Origin: a virus
Virus record (IMG/VR): IMGVR_UViG_3300010398_001198
Coordinates: 1 to 64,000 of that record
Reading direction: 5' to 3' (one strand)
Length of the DNA stretch: 64,000 nt
The notes under the pieces: generated by a model
What the model saw: only the letters and a program-made list of their open reading frames with translations
Databases searched by the model: none
What the model was told of the DNA's origin: nothing
Program-made: the position numbers and the translations under genes
In this document: one piece after another, positions 54,790-63,377 of the stretch
Layout of the letters: each line of letters begins with the position of its first letter
Position numbering within the stretch: the first letter of the stretch is position 1

Positions 54790-55798
54790 GCAGCACCTCC
54801 TGTAACACTTCTGCCCCATTGCGCATGGAGCGATACGATTTCAGCGTGAGTCCATGCCGCGCCGCCGCCTCCTCGTCACTCTCGCGTTGCGAGCGGGCAC
54901 CTCCAGAGCCACGTTCCCGTGCCTTTTCTTCCTCTTCCAGCACCATCTGACACCAGCGATCCTGCCAGTCTAAGGGCTGGCTCTTGTACGTGATCACCTT
55001 AAACCGCTTGGTCAACAGTTCGAGATCGACATGGGGTGCGTCTCGTGCAGCTTGTGCCAGTCTCTCAGGCGTGGGTGCAAAGTCCTTCGGTGGCTTGTAG
55101 CGTCCTGCCGTGCCAGTAACCTGGGCTGCTATTGTCTCGTACGCGGGCGGGGGCGTATCCCCCTCCCCAAGATCTCTGGAAGTAATCTCTGAAGTAATCT
55201 CTGGTATTGTTGAGGTATTTTTACCTGACGATGAGGTATTTTTACCTGACGATGAGGTAAAAGTGCTATCACGATCAGGTATTTTTACCTCATCGGAAAT
55301 ATCAATAGCTTGTGAGGAATTTGAGTCTATATAGTCCTCGTCTTTTTCATTTTCAGGATCAGGCACTTTTACCTCATCAGCTCTTGCAAGGAGTTGCGCA
55401 GTTACCGCCTCGGGATGAAACAGAAAGTAGCGTGTATGATCGAAGCGGTAGCGTGTCGTAGGATTCTTGTGAACCGTCACAAATCCTTTCTCGATGAGCA
55501 GATCGAGGGCAACGCGAATCGTTTTGCGTCCATAGAGCCCGAGGAGTCCTTCTTCGATGGCGCTTTCATTCTGGAATTGCAATAGGGAGGTGTCCTGCTT
55601 GCCTTCTTCACCATGGAGGCGAGCGATTCGATTCGCGTGCATGGCTTGCTCACGATTCGCCAGTTTGTGGTTGTGCCAGTGCCCGAAAAAGGAGAGAAGC
55701 GCGGCGGCACAATGGTTGCCATCGCAGAGCACCAACTGTGACCTCCTGATGAGAATGAGGGGCTCTTTCTCGGGATAAGAAATACATGATGCTCTCAT
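54734..55798 (-). CDS. Phage replication initiator
   Basis: N-terminal wHTH-like region, central iteron-encoded low-complexity region, TIPEITSEIT motif. Confidence 0.7.
   Translation of the reverse strand: MRASCISYPEKEPLILIRRSQLVLCDGNHCAAALLSFFGHWHNHKLANREQAMHANRIARLHGEEGKQDTSLLQFQNESAIEEGLLGLYGRKTIRVALDLLIEKGFVTVHKNPTTRYRFDHTRYFLFHPEAVTAQLLARADEVKVPDPENEKDEDYIDSNSSQAIDISDEVKIPDRDSTFTSSSGKNTSSSGKNTSTIPEITSEITSRDLGEGDTPPPAYETIAAQVTGTAGRYKPPKDFAPTPERLAQAARDAPHVDLELLTKRFKVITYKSQPLDWQDRWCQMVLEEEEKARERGSGGARSQRESDEEAAARHGLTLKSYRSMRNGAEVLQEVLHEQPDDAGRRPPLLRGPQ
55212..55380. repeat. Iterons / probable replication origin
   Basis: GAGGTATTTTTACCTGACGAT x2 tandem plus further AGGTA(T)TTTTACCT variants in an AT-rich tract inside the initiator gene. 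Confidence 0.8.
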
Positions 55799-55818
55799 GG
55801 CTACACCCTCATTCTCAG

Positions 55819-55834
55819 TGTGACGGATGTCACA
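55819..55834. promoter_or_regulatory. Perfect CRP/FNR-family box TGTGA-N6-TCACA
   Basis: tgtgacggatgtcaca, ~20 bp upstream of initiator start. Confidence 0.5.
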
Positions 55835-55862
55835 TCTTCTTTACGACAAAGAGCAATACCTC

Positions 55863-56540
55863 TTAGTGGGTGTGTTGACACTCTCTGCCCATGGCTCGAT
55901 AGGCAGCCTCTTGTGCCGCCTGCTTCATGCGATCAATATCAAAGGAGTACGCAAATCCATGTTCTGTGGTCCATTCCAGCTTGAAGAAATCCACCTGCTC
56001 CAGCCTATAGAGACAGCCAAGAATTGTTGGTGTTTCTTCAACGGTATATGCCCGTAAGATTGCAAAGGATATCCAGCCATAACAGCGCAATGGCTCAATG
56101 GTCCAGGCATTTGCATGCTCGAACAGCGCTAATGCTGTAAAGGCTAGAGATGGCGTGTCCATGCGAGGGAGCGCATGAATACTTAGGATATGCAGCCAGG
56201 TTAAGGACACAGGGCATGTATAGACAAAGCCACCATCATCTGGTGCTGTTCTCTCCTCTTGGGCTTCTGGTAATTGGTGCGTATGTTTCTCGCCCCAAAA
56301 TCGCCAATCTCCCTTACTTACGAGATATGCTCGAAACTCCTCGACCCCCTTCGTATTCTTCCGGCTATTACACGAGTTGCACGCAGGTACGAGGTTGGCT
56401 AACTCATCGCCACCCCCGTTGTTGCGTGCGTCTTGATGCTCAATCGTGAAGTCGTCAAAGGGATTCATCTGCTTGCCACAGTACCAACAGTGTCCATTGG
56501 TCTTCGCCCAGACCTGCGGGCGATATTGCTTGTAACTCAT
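55863..56540 (-). CDS. HNH domain fused to possible winged-helix domain
   Basis: CWYCG...TIEHQDARNNGGGDELANLVPACNSCNSRK; start placed at ATG 56540. Confidence 0.75.
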   Translation of the reverse strand: MSYKQYRPQVWAKTNGHCWYCGKQMNPFDDFTIEHQDARNNGGGDELANLVPACNSCNSRKNTKGVEEFRAYLVSKGDWRFWGEKHTHQLPEAQEERTAPDDGGFVYTCPVSLTWLHILSIHALPRMDTPSLAFTALALFEHANAWTIEPLRCYGWISFAILRAYTVEETPTILGCLYRLEQVDFFKLEWTTEHGFAYSFDIDRMKQAAQEAAYRAMGRECQHTH

Positions 56541-56729
56541 GCTCTGCCCTCTCTGCGTGCAAAACTGCCTACGATTGAGTAGGCTTATGTGACATTGCAA
56601 GACGTTCAATGAGAATAAGCAATGTCTAAATGCATGAGAGGATTGTAGCATTTTCAAATGTAACCTGCAACAAATCTCTTGCAATAAAGCATATCTTCCG
56701 GCATACTCTCTTCTAGGAGGCCATGCATT

Positions 56730-56975
56730 ATGACGTTGGGTGAACGCATACGAGCCCGTCGAAAACGTCTCGGATTGAGTCAGGGCAAGCTGGCGCGTCG
56801 GGCAGACATTGATCAGGGGCAACTCTCCCGCATTGAGTCGGGTGAGACGACCAATCCTGGCATTCAGCCCTTGACCGCGATTGCGCGTGCCCTCGACTGT
56901 TCGCTGGACTACCTTGTGGACCGCTATGATGAGGACCATGTTGACCCCTCATGTGCGATGGCTGCCTCTACCTAA
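56730..56975 (+). CDS. XRE-family HTH regulator (Cro/CI-like)
   Basis: LGERIRARRKRLGLSQGKLARRADIDQGQLSRIESG; TTGCAA-N17-CATACT promoter upstream. Confidence 0.92.
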   Translation: MTLGERIRARRKRLGLSQGKLARRADIDQGQLSRIESGETTNPGIQPLTAIARALDCSLDYLVDRYDEDHVDPSCAMAAST

Positions 56976-57279
56976 CCCTGGACCCCCCATGCGCACCCTG
57001 CTCCTCGCCACCGTCCTCCTCCTCGCCCTCCTGGTACTGCTGCTGCGCCTCCAGGAGTTGCACTGGGGCGATGTGGTCGAGGCGCTGTGGCTGCTCGTGC
57101 GGCGCTGGCGCTAACCCTGGAGGTGCCTATGCCCCCTATGCCTCGTCTCCGCATTCCCCGTCCCCGGCAGTGGCGGCGCTGTTTCGCCTGTCATCGCACG
57201 TTTCGTATTCCGACGCCGTTGCGCATGCTCTGCCCGGTCTGTTGCTGGCGACAGAAGCTCTATGATGAGGTCCGCCATG

Positions 57280-57486
57280 CCTGAGACCCTCGTACCAGCT
57301 GTCCGCGTCTGTCCCCACTGCCAGCAGCCCCTCGTCTGTCGCCTGGCCGATGAAGGTGCCGGGGTCTGTATCGGGGCGGTGCAGGGGTACTACACCGATG
57401 CTGGTATCCTGCTCCACCTGTGCGCGACCCATGCGGGGCTGTGGGACACGCATACGCCCACCCTTCCCTTGGGAGAGCACCGATGA
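57280..57486 (+). CDS. Small zinc-ribbon protein
   Basis: CPHC...HLCATH. Confidence 0.45.
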   Translation, partial: PETLVPAVRVCPHCQQPLVCRLADEGAGVCIGAVQGYYTDAGILLHLCATHAGLWDTHTPTLPLGEHR

Positions 57487-57677
57487 CCAATATGTTCGTC
57501 CGCTTCCCTCGTGATGGCGTCTGGCAGAGCGTGGAGATCGACACCCTCACCGATGCCGAACTCGTGACCTTTTTTTGCCAGCAGGACCCCGACACGGTTC
57601 GAAGGTGGGCCATCGACCTGGCCATCTGGATTCGGGACCATGTGCAGGTGATCCCTGATGAGCCTGCTGATGCCTGA
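57483..57677 (+). CDS. Small hypothetical protein
   Basis: Coupled ORF with GGAG RBS. Confidence 0.5.
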   Translation: MTNMFVRFPRDGVWQSVEIDTLTDAELVTFFCQQDPDTVRRWAIDLAIWIRDHVQVIPDEPADA

Positions 57678-57688
57678 GGAGACTCCCT

Positions 57689-58066
57689 ATGGCCCATCGT
57701 CTGCCTCCCCTTTATCCGCCGACTTGGAAAGAGTTCTCGCGCTACATTCGTTATGGGCGGGCGAAGGGGCAATGTGAGTGCCCAGGTGGTCCCGGCTACT
57801 GTGGCTTGCACTGCACCCATCCTGGCCCCCGGCGCTGTGTCGAACGCGACCAACAACCCGCGATCTGGGCCAATGGCGTTGTCGTGCTGACCGTCGCGCA
57901 CTGTTGCCAGTGTGAGCCCTTGTGTGTGATTCCAGAACATTGTATTGCGTGCTGCAATAGATGTCATTTGAGAATTGATATGCTCTTGCATCAACATCAT
58001 GCTGCTGAAACAAGACGTCTTTCTAAAGAAATGCTTGGTCAAATCCCTTTGCGTTTTATGACATAA
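57689..58066 (+). CDS. HNH-like conserved phage protein with replaced (recoded) C-terminus
   Basis: YPPTWKEFS.YIR..RAKGQCE...VVLTVAH...CNRCHLRID. Confidence 0.75.
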   Translation: MAHRLPPLYPPTWKEFSRYIRYGRAKGQCECPGGPGYCGLHCTHPGPRRCVERDQQPAIWANGVVVLTVAHCCQCEPLCVIPEHCIACCNRCHLRIDMLLHQHHAAETRRLSKEMLGQIPLRFMT

Positions 58067-58101
58067 TCTGTTAGAATATGGCATCAATAGAGGAGAGATA
58101 G

Positions 58102-58764
58102 ATGCCATATCCATGTGTCCATTGCGGAAGAATGAAGGCTCGTACAAGCAAGAGTAGATGTTCAGCGTGCAATGAATACAAGCGGCGCACTGGGCAGGAG
58201 CGGCCTTTTGGGCTGGAAACGGGCTGGAAAGCTGCGGCCCGGCATGCTGAAGAAACCCCTGGATGGAAAGGGGATGACGCTCATCCCAATACCAAACGTG
58301 CTCGGGCTCGTCGCCGCTATCCCCTTGGTCCATGTGTTGTTTGTGGCGCACCAGGCGTTGACCGCCATCACAAGGATGAGGATACCGGGAATAATGCCCC
58401 AGAGAATATCGCCATTCTCTGCCGTCTCTGTCATATGAAGATCGATGGTCGCTTGGAGGCAATTCATCAGATAGATCGTCATCGACCGAAGAAACTTTGT
58501 CTAAATTGTGGACGTCCTTCCAAGCCCCTGCGAAAGGGGCGTTGCCATGCCTGCCATGAATATTTGACGCGCCGAGGGAGAGAGCGTCCCTATCATGGCG
58601 ATGGTCGCCACGAAAAAACGCAGCCTCTCCATGAAGCCCCGTGCGTGCGTTGTGGGCGTCGTGCTGACATTGTGGGCGCTCCAGTCCGTGGCTATTGTAA
58701 GAGCTGCTATCGCTATATCTGGGAGCAGGAGCGTGAGATTTCATCCGTGCCTCTACCTTCGTAA
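58102..58764 (+). CDS. HNH endonuclease with multiple CxxC fingers (HNH5)
   Basis: CVVCG..GVDRHHKDEDTGNNAPENIAILCRLCH; repeated RCxACxEY.RR.G.ERP. Confidence 0.85.
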   Translation: MPYPCVHCGRMKARTSKSRCSACNEYKRRTGQERPFGLETGWKAAARHAEETPGWKGDDAHPNTKRARARRRYPLGPCVVCGAPGVDRHHKDEDTGNNAPENIAILCRLCHMKIDGRLEAIHQIDRHRPKKLCLNCGRPSKPLRKGRCHACHEYLTRRGRERPYHGDGRHEKTQPLHEAPCVRCGRRADIVGAPVRGYCKSCYRYIWEQEREISSVPLPS

Positions 58765-58906
58765 TAGGTGCCATTTACTCACCGATTTGCCCTTGCATCT
58801 GCGCCATGCGGCGGAGTCGCGTCGGCTCCTGAAAGAGCACCTCGGCCAGATGCCCCTGTTTGCCGACCTGAACAGCCCCTTTGCCCGGAGAGTGCGCCAT
58901 GGCTGA
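58763..58906 (+). pseudogene. Orphaned original 3' end of gene 57689..58066
   Basis: NRCHLLTDLPLHLRHAAESRRLLKEHLGQMPLF aligns to NRCHLRIDMLLHQHHAAETRRLSKEMLGQIPL. Confidence 0.8.
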
Positions 58907-58981
58907 CGGCGACGATCTCCCTGATAGTGAGTACGAATCTATCTATGGTCGCGAGGCCCTCCTGGACCGCCCCAACGGCCA

Positions 58982-59239
58982 CTAAGCTACCCGCCACTGG
59001 TGCTGCTGTGCCGCCATCCGCGCTTGCGGCGAGCCCCGCGCCTCGTCCGCCTTGCGCACGTCGGCCCAAAACGCCGGGGTGGCGAGTGGGATGCCGAGCT
59101 TGATATGCCCGGCCAGATTCTCGGAGCGCCCGCATGTGCACGACCAGGTGATGGATCTATCGGCAAAACCCTCCTGGGGCAGCGTCAGGAGGACGTACTG
59201 CGTCACGCGCCACGTACAGATATGGGGCTGGGGCATGGC
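58982..59239 (-). CDS. Small hypothetical protein
   Basis: ATG after GAGGAG; HICTW...CTCG. Confidence 0.45.
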   Translation of the reverse strand, partial: AMPQPHICTWRVTQYVLLTLPQEGFADRSITWSCTCGRSENLAGHIKLGIPLATPAFWADVRKADEARGSPQARMAAQQHQWRVA

Positions 59240-59246
59240 TCCTCTC

Positions 59247-59504
59247 CTAACGTCTGCGTAGCTTCCCATGGCACCCGACACACAACGTCACCAGGGCACG
59301 CATCGGCGCTTCCCACGGACCACCAGGGACATACCACTTATGATGCACTTGCAACTCCTTCTCCTTTGCCCCACACTCCTGACACGTCCACCGATCCCGC
59401 TGCATGACCTCCAGCCGCCGCTTTTGCCACCGCGGGTCACGCAGGAGTTGCTGGTAGCGCGTCGGGCGCGGGCGCTTCGGACGGCGCAGGGCGGTGCGGC
59501 TCAT
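59247..59504 (-). CDS. Small HNH protein
   Basis: LRDPRWQKRR.EVMQRD.WTCQECG...LQVHH...LVTLCVGCH. Confidence 0.85.
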   Translation of the reverse strand: MSRTALRRPKRPRPTRYQQLLRDPRWQKRRLEVMQRDRWTCQECGAKEKELQVHHKWYVPGGPWEAPMRALVTLCVGCHGKLRRR

Positions 59505-59560
59505 AGCGCCTCTCCTTCTCCACTCCCAATAGGCTGGGATGCCCTATGAAAACAGGGGCT

Positions 59561-59599
59561 GAATTAGGGGGGGGTGGTGGCCCCACCCCCCCTTAATTC
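59561..59599. terminator. GC-rich hairpin downstream of ParB-like gene
   Basis: gaatta-gggggggg-tgg...cca-ccccccc-ttaattc; no clear U tract. Confidence 0.4.
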
Positions 59600-59622
59600 C
59601 TTACGGACCTTTCTGCCCCTTC

Positions 59623-60663
59623 CTAGAGAATTTGTGGGAACTTTTGTCCCACTCTGCCATGCCAGACCAACTTCCCGGCATCGCGGAGTTTGATGCCAGG
59701 TTCTGTCACCGCGAGGTTCCAGGCATTAATAATCATCGGCGCCTTGGCTTCATCGCGCAGGATGTACCGCACCCGCCGTGGGCCTTTTGGCTGGAGAATA
59801 CGATTCCGTAAGATCAGAATCGGATCTCCTGGCTCTAAGTTTTCTCCTGTGGCCAGACTCCAAAAAAAGTGATCTGCTCGCCCTTTGCGCTGTTGGGAAT
59901 CTGCCCCATCCCACGCTGGTGAAACCTCCCGAGGTCTGCCTCGCCTGGGCGGCTTGGGGTCTGCCGGCAGTGGCCCGACGCGACAGAGGTAATGGAGGGC
60001 AGTTGTCAGCCCGGGCGCTGCCAATCCCTGACATTTTTTCCCAAAGGGGATCGACTGCAGAATAGACGCATGCTGCGGCAATGTATCCGTGAGTTCATTA
60101 TCGGTGATATCAGGATGGGCATTCATCATTTGTCCGGTTTCATAGCGATAGACCCAGCGCAAGGCGGCAGCGATATTCGTGGCGTTCTTGACACCCTGAA
60201 TCCCCAGAATATCTCCGGCGGTGCGCTTGGCCCCCTGGCCCATCGTCTTAAACCGCTCGAAGTCAATGCCGTGGACAACGAGGGTCCAGATCGTCTGTTG
60301 TAAATCAATCACGGCCTGAAGCCGGTGCTGGCCTTCGACAAGCCGTCCCTCATGGTCGAAAATGATCGTTTCTCCGTTAATTTGCCACCGACTTTTCTCA
60401 ATGGCCCGTTTGAGCCGTCGCAGTTGGGATAACCGTATACTGCGATTGGTGTTTTTCCGCTGTAAGAGGGTCATGGCCACTTCTGGGGTGATCTCCGCCA
60501 AATAAACGCTGATACCCAGGAGACTTAGCGGCAATGTGCGGATCGTACAGGAGAAAAGTGCCGCATCGAGCGTGATTATGTCCTCAGCATGGAGCACACT
60601 TAGTGGCGGGCTCTCATGGGTGAAGAGGTTGCGTTCCTGCTTCTGAGACGCTTCGCTCTGCAT
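59623..60663 (-). CDS. ParB-like (DGQHR-type) domain protein
   Basis: EITPEVAM.LL...NTNRSI...WQINGETIIFD..GRLVEGQHRL.AV. Confidence 0.75.
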   Translation of the reverse strand: MQSEASQKQERNLFTHESPPLSVLHAEDIITLDAALFSCTIRTLPLSLLGISVYLAEITPEVAMTLLQRKNTNRSIRLSQLRRLKRAIEKSRWQINGETIIFDHEGRLVEGQHRLQAVIDLQQTIWTLVVHGIDFERFKTMGQGAKRTAGDILGIQGVKNATNIAAALRWVYRYETGQMMNAHPDITDNELTDTLPQHASILQSIPFGKKCQGLAAPGLTTALHYLCRVGPLPADPKPPRRGRPREVSPAWDGADSQQRKGRADHFFWSLATGENLEPGDPILILRNRILQPKGPRRVRYILRDEAKAPMIINAWNLAVTEPGIKLRDAGKLVWHGRVGQKFPQIL

Positions 60664-60717
60664 GGGAGAAGCTCCTTTCGTGATCCCGGATGGTGCTTAC
60701 ATCACCATCCGGGGGGC

Positions 60718-60930
60718 TTACTGGTCATTCCCTTCCCAGGGATTGACCGCATCGGGGAAGACTTCGCAGCCCACCCCAAAATAGACCGCCTCATAGCTGA
60801 ACTCGTCGATGGCATCGAGGAGGTCATACACGAGACTTTTAAAGATGCGCGCCTGTCGCGTCTCGCGGGTCTCGCCATACGTGTTATAGAGAGCAGAGGG
60901 TGGAGGCCGTGGCTGCTGTGATTTCCTCAT
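60718..60930 (-). CDS. Small hypothetical protein
   Basis: GGAGG RBS. Confidence 0.45.
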   Translation of the reverse strand: MRKSQQPRPPPSALYNTYGETRETRQARIFKSLVYDLLDAIDEFSYEAVYFGVGCEVFPDAVNPWEGNDQ

Positions 60931-61415
60931 GCGCGTCCTCCTGCCCCCTCTGGTGGTCGCTCATGGGGCGGCGCGCTGTTCCGCGTCCAGGGTCGAAACG
61001 CCCGCAATGCCTCCACGTCCACCTCGTTCCAGTTGCCGCGAAACGTGATCGCCCGGTCATCAATGGTCAGGAATGCCGGGGGCTTGTGTTCGGGAAACGT
61101 CAACGCCCAGCGCTCCGTGCCGTCCGGGCTCTCAGCAAACACCGCGTCCACCGTATCCAGACAGCCGTCCGCCATGACGTACCCGGCCATCTTCCCCCAT
61201 TCCAGAGCCCAGCGCTGCATAGCCCGCCGTCCGATCAGTGCCCCGGAGCGCGAGGAGTGCACCGCCAGGGTGAAGTGCGGATGGGCCTCCTCCAGAAAGC
61301 GCCAGAGGCCGTCTGTGGGGGGATCAGGGCAGACGTCGATGCCCTGCCAGCCACTGGCATAGGAATGGATCACGCCGTCATAGTCTAAAATGAGCACGGG
61401 CCGATGGGCTGGCAT
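60927..61415 (-). CDS. HAD-superfamily phosphatase-like protein
   Basis: LILDYDGVIHSY...SSRS...KPPA.LTIDDRA. Confidence 0.8.
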   Translation of the reverse strand: MPAHRPVLILDYDGVIHSYASGWQGIDVCPDPPTDGLWRFLEEAHPHFTLAVHSSRSGALIGRRAMQRWALEWGKMAGYVMADGCLDTVDAVFAESPDGTERWALTFPEHKPPAFLTIDDRAITFRGNWNEVDVEALRAFRPWTRNSAPPHERPPEGAGGRA

Positions 61416-61418
61416 AGC

Positions 61419-61751
61419 TCACACCCCCTGCTCTTCCAGCGGCTCTGGGCTGCCCTCTGGCCACGCCTCCAGACGATAGGTGCCGCGATCTGCACAGCCT
61501 GTCCCCGCTGCTGCATGTGGTGCAGTGACGAGGGGCTCCTGGGGCTCCTCACGTGCCGCCTCGTCCCAGGCATCCATCGCTAGATCGAGGGCCTCCCGCA
61601 GGACCGTCAGCACGCGTGGCTGCTCGTCCAGACGCAGGGCTTGCATCCGGGCATAGAGCGTTGCCGAGATGGGGAGATCGAGCCGGTGCCTGGCGTCACC
61701 CGGTCCTACGGCCAGGCGGCGCTGTTCGCGGAAGTAATACTGATAGATCAT
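61419..61751 (-). CDS. Hypothetical protein
   Basis: Co-oriented ORF. Confidence 0.45.
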   Translation of the reverse strand: MIYQYYFREQRRLAVGPGDARHRLDLPISATLYARMQALRLDEQPRVLTVLREALDLAMDAWDEAAREEPQEPLVTAPHAAAGTGCADRGTYRLEAWPEGSPEPLEEQGV

Positions 61752-61942
61752 GGGATTGCTCCTATCTCAGCCCAAGAATGATTACCCAGAACAACAACAC
61801 CCACCCGAGGAAGGCCAGCCCGCTGCCCACGGCGACCAGCACGAGGAACAGCCGCCGGTCACGGGTGCACGTCGCATGCTCGCGCGGATACCAGCGGTCG
61901 TCATCGTTGTGGGCTTCGACCATGGCGACCTCCTGTGGAGGA

Positions 61943-62025
61943 GAGGGTTAAGGTTTAAGGGGGGAAATGGCCACATGCTCTTCCTCTCTTGCTTAAAACT
62001 TAAATCTTAAAACTTAAATCTCCCC
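61943..62025. repeat. Heptamer inverted-array element, copy 6
   Basis: gagggttaaggtttaaggggg-spacer-cttaaaacttaaatcttaaaacttaaatctcccc. Confidence 0.8.
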
Positions 62026-62559
62026 TGTCGTGTCGGGGAACATATCAGGACGATCGATATACCAGCAGAGCGCCGTCGCCGCGGCGAGCCAGCCCTGATA
62101 GGTGCCGACGTAATGGCCCGCGTGTGCCAGCAAGGCGTGCATGGCCCGTTGGTTGGCATCGGCACGACGACCCTGGGCTTTGAGCTCTAACCACATGCCG
62201 TGGTAGCCCCGGCGAGCCAGCGGCCAATGCAAATCTGGACACCCTGGACGCACGCCCATCGCCTTCAGGCGACCCGCGCCGGCCTTGCTCCGGTATTTGC
62301 CGTTCGGGATGTGGTAGAGGAGCCGGAGCAGAGGCACCTCACGCACCGCCACCTCATCGACCCAGCGCAGGAGGGCGATCTGCTCCTCTTCTTCCCACTG
62401 CCGCCGCCTGCGCATCGTGTGCCACTTGGTGGCTGGGAGATCGAGGCTCGGCACGGGCATCGCAGGAGCAGTGGGCGGTGTAGGGCGGGCGGCTCTGCCG
62501 TTAGTAATGACATAGCCCCGGGCCGTGAGCAGGTCTTCCATCGTCGTGATCAGGGCCAT
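62014..62559 (-). CDS. VRR-NUC domain nuclease
   Basis: EEEEQIALLRW...YHIPNG...LKAMGVRPGCPDL...LELKA. Confidence 0.85.
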   Translation of the reverse strand: MALITTMEDLLTARGYVITNGRAARPTPPTAPAMPVPSLDLPATKWHTMRRRRQWEEEEQIALLRWVDEVAVREVPLLRLLYHIPNGKYRSKAGAGRLKAMGVRPGCPDLHWPLARRGYHGMWLELKAQGRRADANQRAMHALLAHAGHYVGTYQGWLAAATALCWYIDRPDMFPDTTGEI

Positions 62560-62762
62560 ACGCCGTCCTCCTCTAGAGCCTCATTGGCCAGCCATTGGCG
62601 CAGGGCCTGCCGCTCCATCGCGGTCAGCACCAGCATGAGAAAGGCCACATGCGTCTCCGTTTCCATGGCGTCCCAGGCTCGCTGGAGCGTCTGCTTGGGC
62701 GTGGGGTGCTGCCGGGGCCTGACGCGGGCGGCCCGGCGCGGACGGGGCAGCGGCGCGGTCAT
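62550..62762 (-). CDS. Small hypothetical protein
   Basis: ATG after GGGAG. Confidence 0.4.
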   Translation of the reverse strand: MTAPLPRPRRAARVRPRQHPTPKQTLQRAWDAMETETHVAFLMLVLTAMERQALRQWLANEALEEDGVWP

Positions 62763-63043
62763 GGCGTCTTCTCCCCTGGTGAGCGCCGTCTGACCCGCAG
62801 GGCGCGTGTCCAGCGATGACAACAGCACAGACAGCGACGCGGCTCAGGCACGCCGTCAAAGTGCACCAAATCAAAGGGGTGGACCTGCAGGGCCTGCGCC
62901 CAGCGCTCCAGCTCGGCCAGCGTCACCCCTTGTTCCTGGCGCTCGATGCGCTCCAGGCGCCGCTGACTGGTCTCTAACGTCGCGGCCAGCGCCTCACGCG
63001 ACTGCTGCCGGCGCACGCACTCGTCAAACAACAACATCTCCAT
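62759..63043 (-). CDS. Cro-like XRE HTH protein
   Basis: SREALAATLETSQRRLERIERQEQGVTLAELERWAQALQV. Confidence 0.75.
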   Translation of the reverse strand: MEMLLFDECVRRQQSREALAATLETSQRRLERIERQEQGVTLAELERWAQALQVHPFDLVHFDGVPEPRRCLCCCHRWTRALRVRRRSPGEKTP

Positions 63044-63249
63044 AGGCTCGTTCCTGAGAGGGGGGCATGTACGTTGAAAAAGCGCTATAATTGCGAATAG
63101 GTGGTATTATAAAGCGATTAGAGGACAGCGCAAGCGCAAAAAAATAGCACTATGCGCCTAGGGGTTTTTCCACAAAGCCAGACACTTCGCCTATTGTTTT
63201 TTTCGCTACAGTCCACTATTCTGTGCCAGATTCTGGTACGATAGATAAG

Positions 63250-63351
63250 CAGTTTTAAGCGTTAAGTTTTAAGTTTTAAGGGGGAGGAGATAGTGTAGGA
63301 TGGTGCGCATCTGCACCAGTCTCCGACCCTTAACCCTTAACCCTTAAATCT
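63250..63351. repeat. Heptamer inverted-array element, copy 7
   Basis: cagttttaagcgttaagttttaagttttaag-core (rc GCACCATC)-cccttaacccttaacccttaa. Confidence 0.88.
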
Positions 63352-63377
63352 ACGTGGTAGAAGGAGATCAGGAAGAC

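Noticed and set aside
77-63351. Heptamer arrays as CRISPR or telomeres
   Set aside because: No repeat-spacer periodicity or cas genes; internal, short and inverted rather than terminal tracts.
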